Source: a virus
Reading direction: 5' to 3' (one strand)
Length of the DNA: 64,000 nucleotides
IMG/VR virus record: IMGVR_UViG_3300010885_064671
Part shown: positions 1 through 10,539 of the stretch, in pieces
Position numbering within the stretch: position 1 is the stretch's first letter
Layout of the letters: the number at the start of each line of letters is the position of its first letter
Notes under the pieces: model-generated
What the model was told of the DNA's origin: nothing
Seen by the model: the letters and a program-made list of their open reading frames with translations, nothing else
Databases searched by the model: none
Made by a program: the position numbers and the translations under genes

Positions 1-48
1 GGTTATGAGCTATATAGTAACTAGAGTTAAACGAAATTATTTAAGATT

Positions 49-3031
49 TTATTCCAACCATTCAATATAATCTTGTTTACGAGAACCACTTAAGCATGAT
101 GTAAAGTTGGATAACGTTCTCTTAGCTAGACTAAGAGCTTGATCATCAGATAAAACATTAATCGGATCTATTTTACCAGCGTTCCTTGTCAAAACATCCC
201 TAGCGATAGAATATAGTGCACCAGATGTCCACGGGTTGTTTGTGTCTTTATCCCAATGATTAAATAAATATCTACTAGGAGGCATTTTTGCAGCCATCTG
301 TAAAGTCATTGGTATGATTGCATCTTGTGATGTATATGGAAATTCTATGGTATTTAATTGATTGCTAAAGAAATTTGGTCCTAAACCAAACTTAGATTTC
401 ATCATTAATATTTGATTAGCTGGGATTCTAGCCCAATCAGATATAAATTGAGATGATTCTGTTATTTTGCTAGGGGTAGGAGATTGTTCTACGCCATTAA
501 TAAAATCTGGACTTGGCATGTTGTTTGATAAAATTGATCTAACTTTTTTTTGTACCGCATCGTTGGGCATCGAAAACTTTGAAGAATCTAATTTTAATAA
601 TGATTTTATATCTAAAATAGTTTTTTTATTTTGGATGAATGCTTCCCAAGAATATTTTTTAGATGTTGGAAACGTTGTGGCGCCCACTTGACCAGAATCA
701 ATATACGGGGCTACCCAATTCAAAGAAGGTGAAACCCATCCGTTTTTTTGGTCAAAAGCTTTTAAATTTTGAGGGCGACATCTAATCTGTAGAAAACCCA
801 AATGACAAGAACCATTTGCCACGCCAATACCGATTTTATTATCCCCTAAATTTCCTTCTCTTTGAGCTATGGCCGTAAAAATAGCAGCTATAGCTGGGCT
901 AAAATTACCAAGCCTAGGATGGATAAGCATCATAAAAAATTCATCTTGCGTTAAAAATCCTCCAGGGCTATTTGACCCTCTGTAAGGTTCTGCTACTTGA
1001 AAAATTTTAGGAGAAAGACCATCTAGATTTTTTATAGTTGGGATTGAACGAACTGTTTGTGATTTAAAACTAGGTAACTTGACCATTACTTTTGAACCAC
1101 CACCTACTCCATCAATTGGCACTGTAACTGGTGCAGTTATACTTGGATCTGGAGTATAATGTTTTTTTAAATCTTTTATAAAAGTTACGTTCAATGGCCA
1201 ACCTGTAGTGACGCCTATGCCAAAGTCAGTGAGAAATTTAAATACTGTGGTACCAACCTTTGATGCCTTTTTAAGTAAATCTATTTGTATATCTATAGCT
1301 GTTTGAGAAATGTCTGAAGACACATAATTGTTTAATGCGTCTAAAGCAAGATCTGGTGATGATTCAATTAATATTTGCAAATGTTGAAGAAAATTATTTG
1401 ATTTACTATCCGTAACTATTGCAGGTATATATGTACTAATAATTGAGTAATTTGGTGTAGCGCCAGGAGGAATTACTTCGGTTGGAGGAAAAGAACGTAT
1501 AGGACGGACATGGTTCTTGTTAATTTTATTATTTATATTTGCAACACCATTCAAAAAATCTCTACTTGAAGCGTAGTCTGCATTACCTTCTGTAGAACTC
1601 CAATAAACTTCATTATAAAAACCGCCAATAGTTGTCCTGCTTATGTATAGTTGGTTTAATTCATTCTTTGATGGCAAAAACCAATCTGTTTTTCCACCAC
1701 CACGATATGAACGGCAATATGCTGCAGCACTTACTGCGTGCCTGGCTGCTATAGCTAATGTATTTTGGTATCCTCTGCCAATTTCTACTGCGGTAGTTCC
1801 AACACCAACAGCCCATTTTACGGTAGGACCATCATTACGCCAAGCTGCTTTTAAGTATGGAGATTTACTTCCATCATACCAATTTTTTGGCGCAACCTCA
1901 AAATATCTTCCAGTAGTATTACCTGGAGTTGATGGAGTAATAAAAATTCTTCCACCACCAGGACCAGTTTGACCAATATTATATGCAACTGGAAGAGAAA
2001 TAATTGCATCTGTAGTTTTTACTAGACGTATAGAATTTCCTGGACCTGTAGGAACAACTTTAGGGGTAACAGGAAACGGTAAAAGCGGTTGAAGGGGAAT
2101 GTATGTATTTGTATTTGTTTTTGGTTTAGGGGCAACAGTTTTACTTGTTGTTACCGTAGCGGGTTTTAAATTAACGCTTGCAGCTTTTGCCTTACCTAAA
2201 CCAAAGTAAATAATATGATATTTATCATTCGCAGTAGGGTTGTCCGTTACCCCCTTTTCCCCGCTCCAACCATAATCTTCGATATGGTCTATGAGCCACT
2301 GCATTGAATCCTGATTAGCTACCACTGTAGCAATTTTACCTGAGTGAATATCTAAAGCCAATCCCCAACCATGCTTACTGTTACCCGGTGTTGACTTTAC
2401 CGTTCCGTACAGATTTACTATAATACCATTTATTAGATTCTATACTCCCATCTTCAAAATAAAATTTTATATAACTGTTAGTTAAAAAATTATGTCCAGA
2501 AAGAGATTTATCGTGTTCTGCTTTTACTAGTGCATAAACAGCGGGATCTAATTTTTCATAAGGGGGTACTCCTCTAAATTCTCCATCCACAATCAACGGT
2601 TCATTAAGACCTGTGTTTTGTAATTTGGTTCGAGAATATATAGAGCTTGCTGGAAGAGCATAAAAGTTATTCCTAAAAGTATCAGAATTTTCTCTAAAAA
2701 ATATACTTTTATCATTTTGTTTATTTACACTTGCAAGAAACGCTGCTGGGTTGGTAGAGTAAGCCTGTAAAAATGAAGCTTTTCTTACCTGGCCGTCTGC
2801 ATAACCTCCGCCAAATGACGCAACTAGATTGATAGCGAATAGGTTTTGAAAGTCTTTCTGCAGCTTTAGAAATTGGTCTCCAGCTTCTTTATTTAACTTT
2901 ATTGCTGGTTCTCCTTCTAATGCAATTTTTTTATAAGAAACAAGACTTTTGTCGTTTGGATAACCATTTTTACCCATATTTGTTGGAGGTGCAAAACTAT
3001 TAGCAGGAAGATTTAAAAAAGACTTAGTCAT
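49..3031 (-). CDS. Virion-associated cell-wall lysin: M15-like peptidase segment, Lcl_C/DUF1566-like segment and C-terminal lytic-transglycosylase-like segment; one gene split by a +1 shift at CGG 2405..2407
   Basis: ORF 2381..3031 (216 aa) enters ORF 49..2361 (770 aa) when the C of CGG at 2405..2407 is skipped: ..YYSKSV-(C)-GTVKSTPGNSKHGWGLALDIHSGKIATVVANQDSMQWLIDHIEDYGWS.., restoring an M15-like HxxGxAxD-type motif (HGWGLALD). Later WFLPSKNELNQLY..YWSSTE (DUF1566-like) and FSPAIAAIFTAIAQREGN..GFLQI (transglycosylase-like). Confidence 0.75.
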
Positions 3032-6000
3032 TTTGCTTTATACACTCCTTTTATGCCATCTAAACTAAAACCTATTGGAGAAATAAAATTAGCAGAAGCT
3101 TTTCTTTCAGCAACATTTGATTTTTCTGATTCTGGACCAGAATATTTAACGAAGTTTTTTACAGCATCAATGTTGGTATAGTCAGTCGGAACAAATATAT
3201 TCCCTAAAGGATATGTCCTTCTTAAAGTTTTATTCCAAACTAAACCAGACCACCAAATTCCATTTATTATAAAAGTATTAATATTGTCAAAAGTTCTTGC
3301 CTGGATTATGTTTAAAGTTGCGCTAGCAATTAAAAACCATTCTAAACCATTCCACATATAAATTCTATCTGTATCAGTTTCATATATAGTATCTGAAAAA
3401 GCTGGACTTATAGGACGTGAAGTAGACAAACATTGAGAAGTAACCACATACTCTTGTTGCTGCAAAAGTGATAAAGATACCCTAAATTGAAAAAGATCTC
3501 CAGGTCTCCATATTAAATTATTTCTTAACGACATGCCAGGACCGTGATCTGTAACCCTAGCCTCGCATGGAGCTTGCCTATATCTATCTACTGCTGAATC
3601 TGGTAATGTTTTTATCCCACCATAAATTGAGAAAAAGCATATCGATGGCGACTCTGGATCACCAATACATTTGGATGCGTTTCTTTCTAAACCAATCCTA
3701 CCTATATTCTTTATGACACCAGCATCATCAAGCATGTTGAACTGTAATGCCCAAGATGTATTCGGAGCAAATCTGGTTACTGTCATACTTTGATTAATTG
3801 CATTAAATTTAGTTCCAGAAAAAACATCTTCCCTTCTCCAAATACCATCATTAGATTGTAGGGTTTTTTCATTTTCTACTGGATCAACTATAATAATATC
3901 CCCATTGCCGGGATCTATAACTGTTTCATTTGGTGGAGTAACAACTGGCACCTCAGGCACTACTGGTTTTATTGGTGAAATTGGAGTGCCCGGTTTTGGT
4001 TTGGGTTTAGGTTTTACTGGAGGGACAACAGGTACGACCACTGGGGGCACAACAGGTGGGGCCACTGTAGGTGGGACTACTGGAATAACAATAGTCGGAT
4101 CTGTAATTGTAATAAACAATATTTGATTTGCATTATTACCAAAATTACCAGGCCAAGATTTTCCTAACTTTGTCTTTAATATATTTGCTGCAATTATAAC
4201 ACTTATCTCAGTATCATAAGGCATAACGTTTTTGGGGGCAATAGATATTGTATTAACATCAGGGAAAGATACCTCAGAACTTGTGACATCAATTCTAGCT
4301 AAAGCTTTTGTAGTATTCTTTTTGAAAAAATTAATTGTCCCCCTATTTACTTGCATGGGTTGATCAAATTTTAACGTTACTCTAACATCAATGTTCACTT
4401 TATTCGGATCAGAATCTGCGCTGAAAGAAGTCACTTCATAGGATAAAAGTTTTGGTTCAGGTATAGATGGAACTGGAGGAGCAAATTGAGGTCCATCTCT
4501 TTGATCTGGATAAGTAATCTTTGGTGTTGGTGCAACCTTAACCGGAATTGTCGTAGAAGGAGAAACAGTTGTCGTCGTCGTAGGTATTCGGGGTGGAGAA
4601 ATTGTAGTGGAAGTTGTAGTGCCATTAGATAGAACTGTTGTAGTAGTCACAGCTGAGTTAGGAAGTGTTGTGGTGGTAGTGGTAACTACTGTCGATGGAG
4701 GAGCATATTTTGGAGCATCCCTTTGATCTGGAGATCTTATATATGGTGGGTTGTAGCTTGTGATGGTAGTGCTAGTCGAACCGTTAGGCAGTACAGTTGT
4801 GCTGGTAGTGGATGTGGTAGAACCGTTTGGTAATACTGTTGTAGCAGTAGTGGTTGTACTTGGTATTGTTGTTGTCGGAGCTGGTATAGTGGTAGTTGGC
4901 GGAACATATACTGTACCACTCGGAATTGCCCCGATTAGAGCATCAACGATATTGTTGTAATTAGAAGGGTGCACGTCATCTCCAGGAGCGTCAAAACCAC
5001 CCATATATGTATAGCCATACTCTTGGCATTTATCTGATATTTGTTTATTAATTTTCTTATTTGGATACTTAGCGTCAAGTTGATTAGACATTCCATAAAC
5101 AAATACTGTTGAATTATATTTTTTTAATATATCGAATTGCCCTTTAATATAATTCATTATAAGTGAAACACTATTATCAGCTGAATTAGATGCTCCAGTT
5201 GACAACCAAACTATTCTATTTTTAGCCAAATTTTTCTTATCTAAATAATCCATGCAACCAGCTATTCTCGTGGATACACGTAGCGTACTTTCTCCCAATA
5301 ACTGGAATAACCCATCCCAACCTTTATCTGATTCTTTTACCGAATATGGATTTGGTACTATTTCTCCTGTATTTGTTCCTGGATTTAAAACATCATATCT
5401 ATCTGATATACCCAATGCTATGCTGTCTCCTATAATTAATGGAATTTTATTTAGTAATGTTATAGTTGCTGCTGGTAATATCGTAGTTGTAGTTGGATCA
5501 TAGCGATCTGCTGGTTTAAAATTAGATGGAATAACTTTAGGTTTAACAATTGTAGTAGAAGATTTGGGGATGGTTGTTGTAGAAGTTTTGGGGATCGTAG
5601 TCGTAGAGGTTTTGGGAACGGTTGTCGGAGGGGTAGTTGTTGTAGAGGGTCTAGGGATAGTTACGGGAGGCATAGTTGTTGTAGAAGTTTTAGGAATGGT
5701 TGTAGTGGTAGTGGGAGCTCTAGGGACAGTACTAGGAGTTACAACAGTAGATTTAGGTACCACCAAAGGCCTGGAACCAAAACGTCTATCTATTTCTTTT
5801 TTGCCAGCAAGGTCGTTAGATAATATCCTTCCGTTACCATCATAAGTTTTTGGTGTGCCTGTCACACCTGCTAAAGAATTTAAATAACCATTCTGTAATG
5901 GGCCTTCAATTGTGGCAAAAAAATCAGCTAACTTGTCAATCGCCGCTATAAGAGGGGCCCCGCTTAGTATATTACCAGTGTTAACGGTTGAGCCAGTTCC

Positions 6001-7887
6001 CAGCAATAAAAGTGTATTAAAAGGAGTTATTACTTTTTCGCCGACTTTAAGATTAACAGTTTTTGTTTTACCAACAATTTTTCTCCAATTAGATGGGCTT
6101 CCATTATCTGGAGTAGGTTCATTGTTGGGCCAGTTTTTAACTGCGGTCGGGAATACCTCCGATAAAAGCTTAAGTTTATCTGCTGTAGGAGCGCTTCCTG
6201 ACTTATTGATAGTCCAATAATTATTTTGTATATTTACATTGCCAGCTAAAACTAGATTAAGAAAATATTCATTATATGCTGGGGCATAATCAAGCCCATA
6301 CCTCATGATATTTTCCATTTCTGTTAATCTGCTAGTTTTAACATTTTTCAAAACATAATTGTATTTTGCTCCTTCAAATAAAGTTATTTTATTTAACATC
6401 GGAATAAAAATATTTTTTATATCCTCTTCCAACTCAGGCAGATAGTATATAACACTAGGAACACTAGGAGCTAATCCCATAACATAACCACCTGTGGGTT
6501 TCTCAAACCAACTTAAACTAGCTTCGTTAAAGCTAGTGCTACATTCTGAGTAGCGCCCTTTCCTATTTAATTCTGTGGTGTGTCTAAAATTTTTCCAATA
6601 TTGTGTATTACTTCCGGGTATCCCCCTATCTGAGCTATAAACCAAATTATCTTCAGCGACATAAAACTTATCATATATCTGCGAGTACAAGCTAGTTGAT
6701 GCGGTTAGTGCATCTGTTTCGAAAATTTCGGGACGCAAAACCCCCCTATCAAGAAGCAAAGCCCCCGTATCTTGGAACTGGGGCAATAGCATTTCATAAT
6801 AGTTAGTTTTCATTTTTATTGTAGGATTATTTATCCCCAAATAATTTAATGTCGAACGTACTGAACTGGCAAAACGTGATACAGTAGTGGAATTAACAAC
6901 TAAAGTATTAAACTTGTTAACTGGAATTGATTCATTAACATTGCTAGACCTTTGAATCGTTTGAGTTGTTTTAGTAGTTTGTGTTGTCTGAGTTGTTGGC
7001 AAAGGTTTTGAAGATACCCATATACCACCATTCGGGTGCCCTGAAATAACTTTCCAAGTACTGATCTGTCCTAGGGGAACAGATACAACTACATTGCCAG
7101 CAAAAGCACTATACTGAGGCGCCGTAAGTTCTCCGGTAATCGGCATAAAGTCTTGAATTAATGTTCTTGTTTTATCCTTATATTTTAATGGCTTTGTATC
7201 AGCAGCATAATATATTAATGTATCTTTAAAAATAGGATCAGAAGCTGGTATGTCTGAACACCAACTCCAACCATACTTTGCCCCATTATTTATGATATAT
7301 TGTGTAACTTTTTCGTTATTATTTTTAAGTTTAATACTAAATCCTGTACCAACTGGGCTAAATCCAGGATAAGTATTGAGTTCCGTTAAGGTAATTGGAT
7401 ACCATTTATTGCCGGCCCAAGTTCTTCCATTTTTAACTTCTGGAATAGACGAAGCCTTAGAAACTTTTGTCGGAGTTCTACTATTTAATTTTTTAAAATC
7501 TGTTTCTTGTACAGAGAGTTTTTTGTAAAACGATGAATAACTTATAGAAATGCCTTTTGACTTGGCATCTGCAATCATGTCTTCTAAACACCATAGGGCG
7601 GCAACGTGTAAAGCTATACCTGATTTATGAAACAATTTTTCGGGTAGGACTCCATTAAAAACACCCATATATTTTTCTTGGGTGGTATACATATACTGCG
7701 CCAATTCCCCAAAATAAAGAGCTCTTAGACTTCCATCTAATACCCACTGGTTATAAGAATTGCTCGATGTGGAGGCCGGCACTGGAAAATTTATCCAATT
7801 GTCAGCTAACGGCTGTCCAACTGAACACTGTTTATTAACTATAGAGTTCTGCGGAAGTTGCGAAGCTGAAAAGACTTTTACGCCCAT
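3028..7887 (-). CDS. Giant tail fibre / adhesin-like protein with SGNH-hydrolase-like domain, Thr/Pro-rich linkers and Ig-like (SbsA/Big_5-type) segment
   Basis: 1619 aa ORF; IPLIIGDSIALGISDRY ... GASNSADNS ... DDVHPSNYNNIVDAL (SGNH/GDSL blocks); many TTTTIPKTSTTT and VLPNGSTTSTT linkers; VRVTLKFDQPMQVNRGTINFFKK Ig-like segment. Confidence 0.7.
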   Translation of the reverse strand: MGVKVFSASQLPQNSIVNKQCSVGQPLADNWINFPVPASTSSNSYNQWVLDGSLRALYFGELAQYMYTTQEKYMGVFNGVLPEKLFHKSGIALHVAALWCLEDMIADAKSKGISISYSSFYKKLSVQETDFKKLNSRTPTKVSKASSIPEVKNGRTWAGNKWYPITLTELNTYPGFSPVGTGFSIKLKNNNEKVTQYIINNGAKYGWSWCSDIPASDPIFKDTLIYYAADTKPLKYKDKTRTLIQDFMPITGELTAPQYSAFAGNVVVSVPLGQISTWKVISGHPNGGIWVSSKPLPTTQTTQTTKTTQTIQRSSNVNESIPVNKFNTLVVNSTTVSRFASSVRSTLNYLGINNPTIKMKTNYYEMLLPQFQDTGALLLDRGVLRPEIFETDALTASTSLYSQIYDKFYVAEDNLVYSSDRGIPGSNTQYWKNFRHTTELNRKGRYSECSTSFNEASLSWFEKPTGGYVMGLAPSVPSVIYYLPELEEDIKNIFIPMLNKITLFEGAKYNYVLKNVKTSRLTEMENIMRYGLDYAPAYNEYFLNLVLAGNVNIQNNYWTINKSGSAPTADKLKLLSEVFPTAVKNWPNNEPTPDNGSPSNWRKIVGKTKTVNLKVGEKVITPFNTLLLLGTGSTVNTGNILSGAPLIAAIDKLADFFATIEGPLQNGYLNSLAGVTGTPKTYDGNGRILSNDLAGKKEIDRRFGSRPLVVPKSTVVTPSTVPRAPTTTTTIPKTSTTTMPPVTIPRPSTTTTPPTTVPKTSTTTIPKTSTTTIPKSSTTIVKPKVIPSNFKPADRYDPTTTTILPAATITLLNKIPLIIGDSIALGISDRYDVLNPGTNTGEIVPNPYSVKESDKGWDGLFQLLGESTLRVSTRIAGCMDYLDKKNLAKNRIVWLSTGASNSADNSVSLIMNYIKGQFDILKKYNSTVFVYGMSNQLDAKYPNKKINKQISDKCQEYGYTYMGGFDAPGDDVHPSNYNNIVDALIGAIPSGTVYVPPTTTIPAPTTTIPSTTTTATTVLPNGSTTSTTSTTVLPNGSTSTTITSYNPPYIRSPDQRDAPKYAPPSTVVTTTTTTLPNSAVTTTTVLSNGTTTSTTISPPRIPTTTTTVSPSTTIPVKVAPTPKITYPDQRDGPQFAPPVPSIPEPKLLSYEVTSFSADSDPNKVNIDVRVTLKFDQPMQVNRGTINFFKKNTTKALARIDVTSSEVSFPDVNTISIAPKNVMPYDTEISVIIAANILKTKLGKSWPGNFGNNANQILFITITDPTIVIPVVPPTVAPPVVPPVVVPVVPPVKPKPKPKPGTPISPIKPVVPEVPVVTPPNETVIDPGNGDIIIVDPVENEKTLQSNDGIWRREDVFSGTKFNAINQSMTVTRFAPNTSWALQFNMLDDAGVIKNIGRIGLERNASKCIGDPESPSICFFSIYGGIKTLPDSAVDRYRQAPCEARVTDHGPGMSLRNNLIWRPGDLFQFRVSLSLLQQQEYVVTSQCLSTSRPISPAFSDTIYETDTDRIYMWNGLEWFLIASATLNIIQARTFDNINTFIINGIWWSGLVWNKTLRRTYPLGNIFVPTDYTNIDAVKNFVKYSGPESEKSNVAERKASANFISPIGFSLDGIKGVYKAK

Positions 7888-7947
7888 AAAAAATAAACCT
7901 TAATTTAATAGTTTGGCTACAATAATAGTAACCCAACTGCATGAAGG

Positions 7948-8688
7948 TTATCTAAAATTTCTGTATACCCACTCTGGATAAGAACTATCTATCTCATAAT
8001 ACTTTAGCGGGAACCTATCAAAGGGATCTATCCCATTCTCAACCCTATATAAGATGGCTTCACTATTTTTGTATTCATCTGAATTGTATTCAGTGTGTGC
8101 AAAAGATTCTATTTTATTCTTTATCTTCTCTACTTCTCCAAAAAAGGAAAAATGCCACCCTGCGTCGGGCACTAACGGTAAAGTATTAGCCCTTAAATCT
8201 TGGGCACAACTTACATCCAGATCCTTTTTGCGGGCGATAATAGGTCTAGCTCCCTGGTTGCAATGAGCTGGCACCTGCCAATGAAAATTCCAAAAATACT
8301 GTTTTACATCTAATCTGGTTGCAGTATCAAGTGAAGTTATATCTTTGATAACTCTTGCACTAACTATCTCATCGGCATCAGAAATTATAATAAAATCTTC
8401 AGAATCTGCTAGAGTTAACCCTTCGGCTATTGCATTACGCTGATAATATTCTTTTAGCCAACTGCTATTTGCTTCGGCCGGGAAATCTATTTTTACTCTA
8501 ATAATTTTTCTTTTCCATTTATCAATCCAGTTAGGAAGATTATCAAAATAGAAAGGCTTAGGAGCTCCAGTAAAAGTTTGCGATGCCTCTACTACGACAA
8601 AGTAATCAACAGCATCGCCCAACTCTTCCAATCTAATCTCAAGCATTTCCTGCTCATTAAAGTATGTAAAGCAATCAAATATTTTCAT
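7948..8688 (-). CDS. Glycosyltransferase family 17-like protein (likely start at internal Met MKIFDCF)
   Basis: MKIFDCFTYFNEQEMLEIRLEELGDAVDYFVVVEASQTFTGAPKPF is typical of GT17-like (MGAT3-related) proteins. Confidence 0.75.
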   Translation of the reverse strand: MKIFDCFTYFNEQEMLEIRLEELGDAVDYFVVVEASQTFTGAPKPFYFDNLPNWIDKWKRKIIRVKIDFPAEANSSWLKEYYQRNAIAEGLTLADSEDFIIISDADEIVSARVIKDITSLDTATRLDVKQYFWNFHWQVPAHCNQGARPIIARKKDLDVSCAQDLRANTLPLVPDAGWHFSFFGEVEKIKNKIESFAHTEYNSDEYKNSEAILYRVENGIDPFDRFPLKYYEIDSSYPEWVYRNFR

Positions 8689-9133
8689 AAACACTAACAT
8701 CTTGCTGATTAAACATTGAGTATCTTTTGATCTCAGTTTCGACTTGTGCATTAATAGTTAAATGTTTTCCAAGATCATCTGCCCAAATACCTGGGTTTAC
8801 TATCATTGCAAAACCACCAGGCTTCAAAAAGTTTTTAACCTGCCTAGCCGACATATCAGTATCACCATTCAAAAGTTCTGGATCATAATCAAAAGAAATA
8901 AACAAGTCACAAACTGATTCACCAAAATACATACCGTCGACACCAGCCTCCCAGTACTTACACCAGTCATTAGACAAATATTTTTCTCTTTCAGTATGCA
9001 ACATAAATGCACCGATACCATGTTCTGGCATATGCAAAATATCTATCAGTTCTTTATTGCGGCCGTAAAGAGTGGTGAATATTCTTTGTGGGAATATATC
9101 TCTAATTATATGTGCTACATAATCCCAGTTCAT
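8675..9133 (-). CDS. Methyltransferase-like protein, probably lacking a canonical SAM-binding motif I
   Basis: 152 aa ORF with ..MSARQVKNFLKPGGFAMIVNPG.. resembling the class I methyltransferase C-terminal half; located in a methyltransferase/glycosyltransferase cluster. Confidence 0.4.
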   Translation of the reverse strand: MNWDYVAHIIRDIFPQRIFTTLYGRNKELIDILHMPEHGIGAFMLHTEREKYLSNDWCKYWEAGVDGMYFGESVCDLFISFDYDPELLNGDTDMSARQVKNFLKPGGFAMIVNPGIWADDLGKHLTINAQVETEIKRYSMFNQQDVSVYENI

Positions 9134-9141
9134 GATATATA

Positions 9142-9681
9142 TTATACCATGGGTTTACGAGCGTCCACCTTAAGCCAGCCCCATTCATCTCCACGCTTAA
9201 CATCTAATATTTCAAAACCCATTCTTTCAAAATCATCTTGTAGCATTCGGTGTGTCAAGCCCACGAAGTGAAAGTCAAAAGGGTTTAGTTGTTCCGCAAA
9301 AAAGATTTGCTGCATGCGACGATCACCGTCAAGTGAATCCCAGTTTAATATTTGGTTGCAGGCTAACAAGAAGTCTGGAACTTCAATTCTAATCATCCCA
9401 CCAGGCTTAACGATTCTACACCATTCAGCTAAAACAGCTTGGTATTCTTTCCATGGAAAGTGTTCAAGACATTCGGAGTTATATACTATGTCTGCAAAAT
9501 CATCTGGAAGATTAATCTTTCTAGCGTCGCAAACAACATCAACTGGGACATAAGTTTTATTAGCATTATCATATAATGGCGTTGGATCTATATCAATATG
9601 AATCCAATCTGGACCAAGATATGTTCTAGTGCCAATTACAACTTTTGTGCCTGCGCCTTGTGGGATAGTTTCTAATCTCAT
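9142..9681 (-). CDS. Class I SAM-dependent methyltransferase
   Basis: VDVVCDARKINLPDDFADIVYNSECLEHFPWKEYQAVLAEWCRIVKPGGMIRIEVPD. Confidence 0.75.
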   Translation of the reverse strand: MRLETIPQGAGTKVVIGTRTYLGPDWIHIDIDPTPLYDNANKTYVPVDVVCDARKINLPDDFADIVYNSECLEHFPWKEYQAVLAEWCRIVKPGGMIRIEVPDFLLACNQILNWDSLDGDRRMQQIFFAEQLNPFDFHFVGLTHRMLQDDFERMGFEILDVKRGDEWGWLKVDARKPMV

Positions 9682-10539
9682 TTAAATTATTCTTCCTTTA
9701 TAAAAATCTTTATATCTTGGAACTTTTATTAGATCATATTCTCTACCCTCTAAAACTACAACCTCTGGATTAGCATTTAGATCAGGCATTCTTATCTTCC
9801 AGTACTCCTCAAGATACAGCGCATTGCATGGCCAATCTTCAAATCTTAGAACATTAGTGCTATGGTAATTCATTCCTTTACCACAGAAGTACGGCACCCA
9901 CTTGTTCATCCATTCAACAACACCACGGCCTATTCTGGCATGAGCCTCAGGGTCCGTTGTCTGCTTAGCAAGGTGATGGACCGCCACTTCTTTAGCTACG
10001 CCCATCTTCCAGCCGGCAAGACGCATTCTAGTTTGATAGTCGACTTCATTTTGATGACCAATCTCTTGATCAAAATACCCTACGTCAGCCATAGCTAATT
10101 TTTTCAACATCCAGAAACAACCGGTGCCCCATAGACACTCTGTATATTTGTCTCTTTTTATTTCATAAGAATTATAACCACCACTAAAAACCATTCCTAG
10201 CTCTAAGTTCCTAGCAAGGTATCCCCACATAATCTCATCCCAGCCCTTAGTGTGAACAGTAGCATCATTATCTGAATAGGCAACATATTCTGTTTCTGCC
10301 CATTCCAATATTTTATTAACTGCACCAGAATACTTTATGTTTACATCTAAATGCATTGGGATAATTCTAGAATCTTTTGCAGCATAAAAATCTAAAAGTT
10401 CTCTAACCCTAGGATCTTCCGAAGCATTATTAACAAGGAGAAGTCTCCACTCTGACGTGGAATTTTGTGCAATATTTTCTACTGCTGCTTGGATTCCTTC
10501 AGGGTTATTATAACATGATATGCCTATATCTAATCTCAT
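9682..10539 (-). CDS. Glycosyltransferase family 2
   Basis: DIGISCYNNPEGIQAAVENI..LLLVNNAS.. and NKILEWAETEYVAYSDNDATV; GT-A fold with DND-like motif. Confidence 0.75.
   Translation of the reverse strand: MRLDIGISCYNNPEGIQAAVENIAQNSTSEWRLLLVNNASEDPRVRELLDFYAAKDSRIIPMHLDVNIKYSGAVNKILEWAETEYVAYSDNDATVHTKGWDEIMWGYLARNLELGMVFSGGYNSYEIKRDKYTECLWGTGCFWMLKKLAMADVGYFDQEIGHQNEVDYQTRMRLAGWKMGVAKEVAVHHLAKQTTDPEAHARIGRGVVEWMNKWVPYFCGKGMNYHSTNVLRFEDWPCNALYLEEYWKIRMPDLNANPEVVVLEGREYDLIKVPRYKDFYKGRII

Noticed and set aside
3905-6220. Plus-strand ORFs antisense to the giant fibre gene (73-102 aa)
   Set aside because: Low-complexity shadows (Val/Gly-rich complements of Thr/Pro linkers), fully overlapped by a well-supported minus-strand gene.
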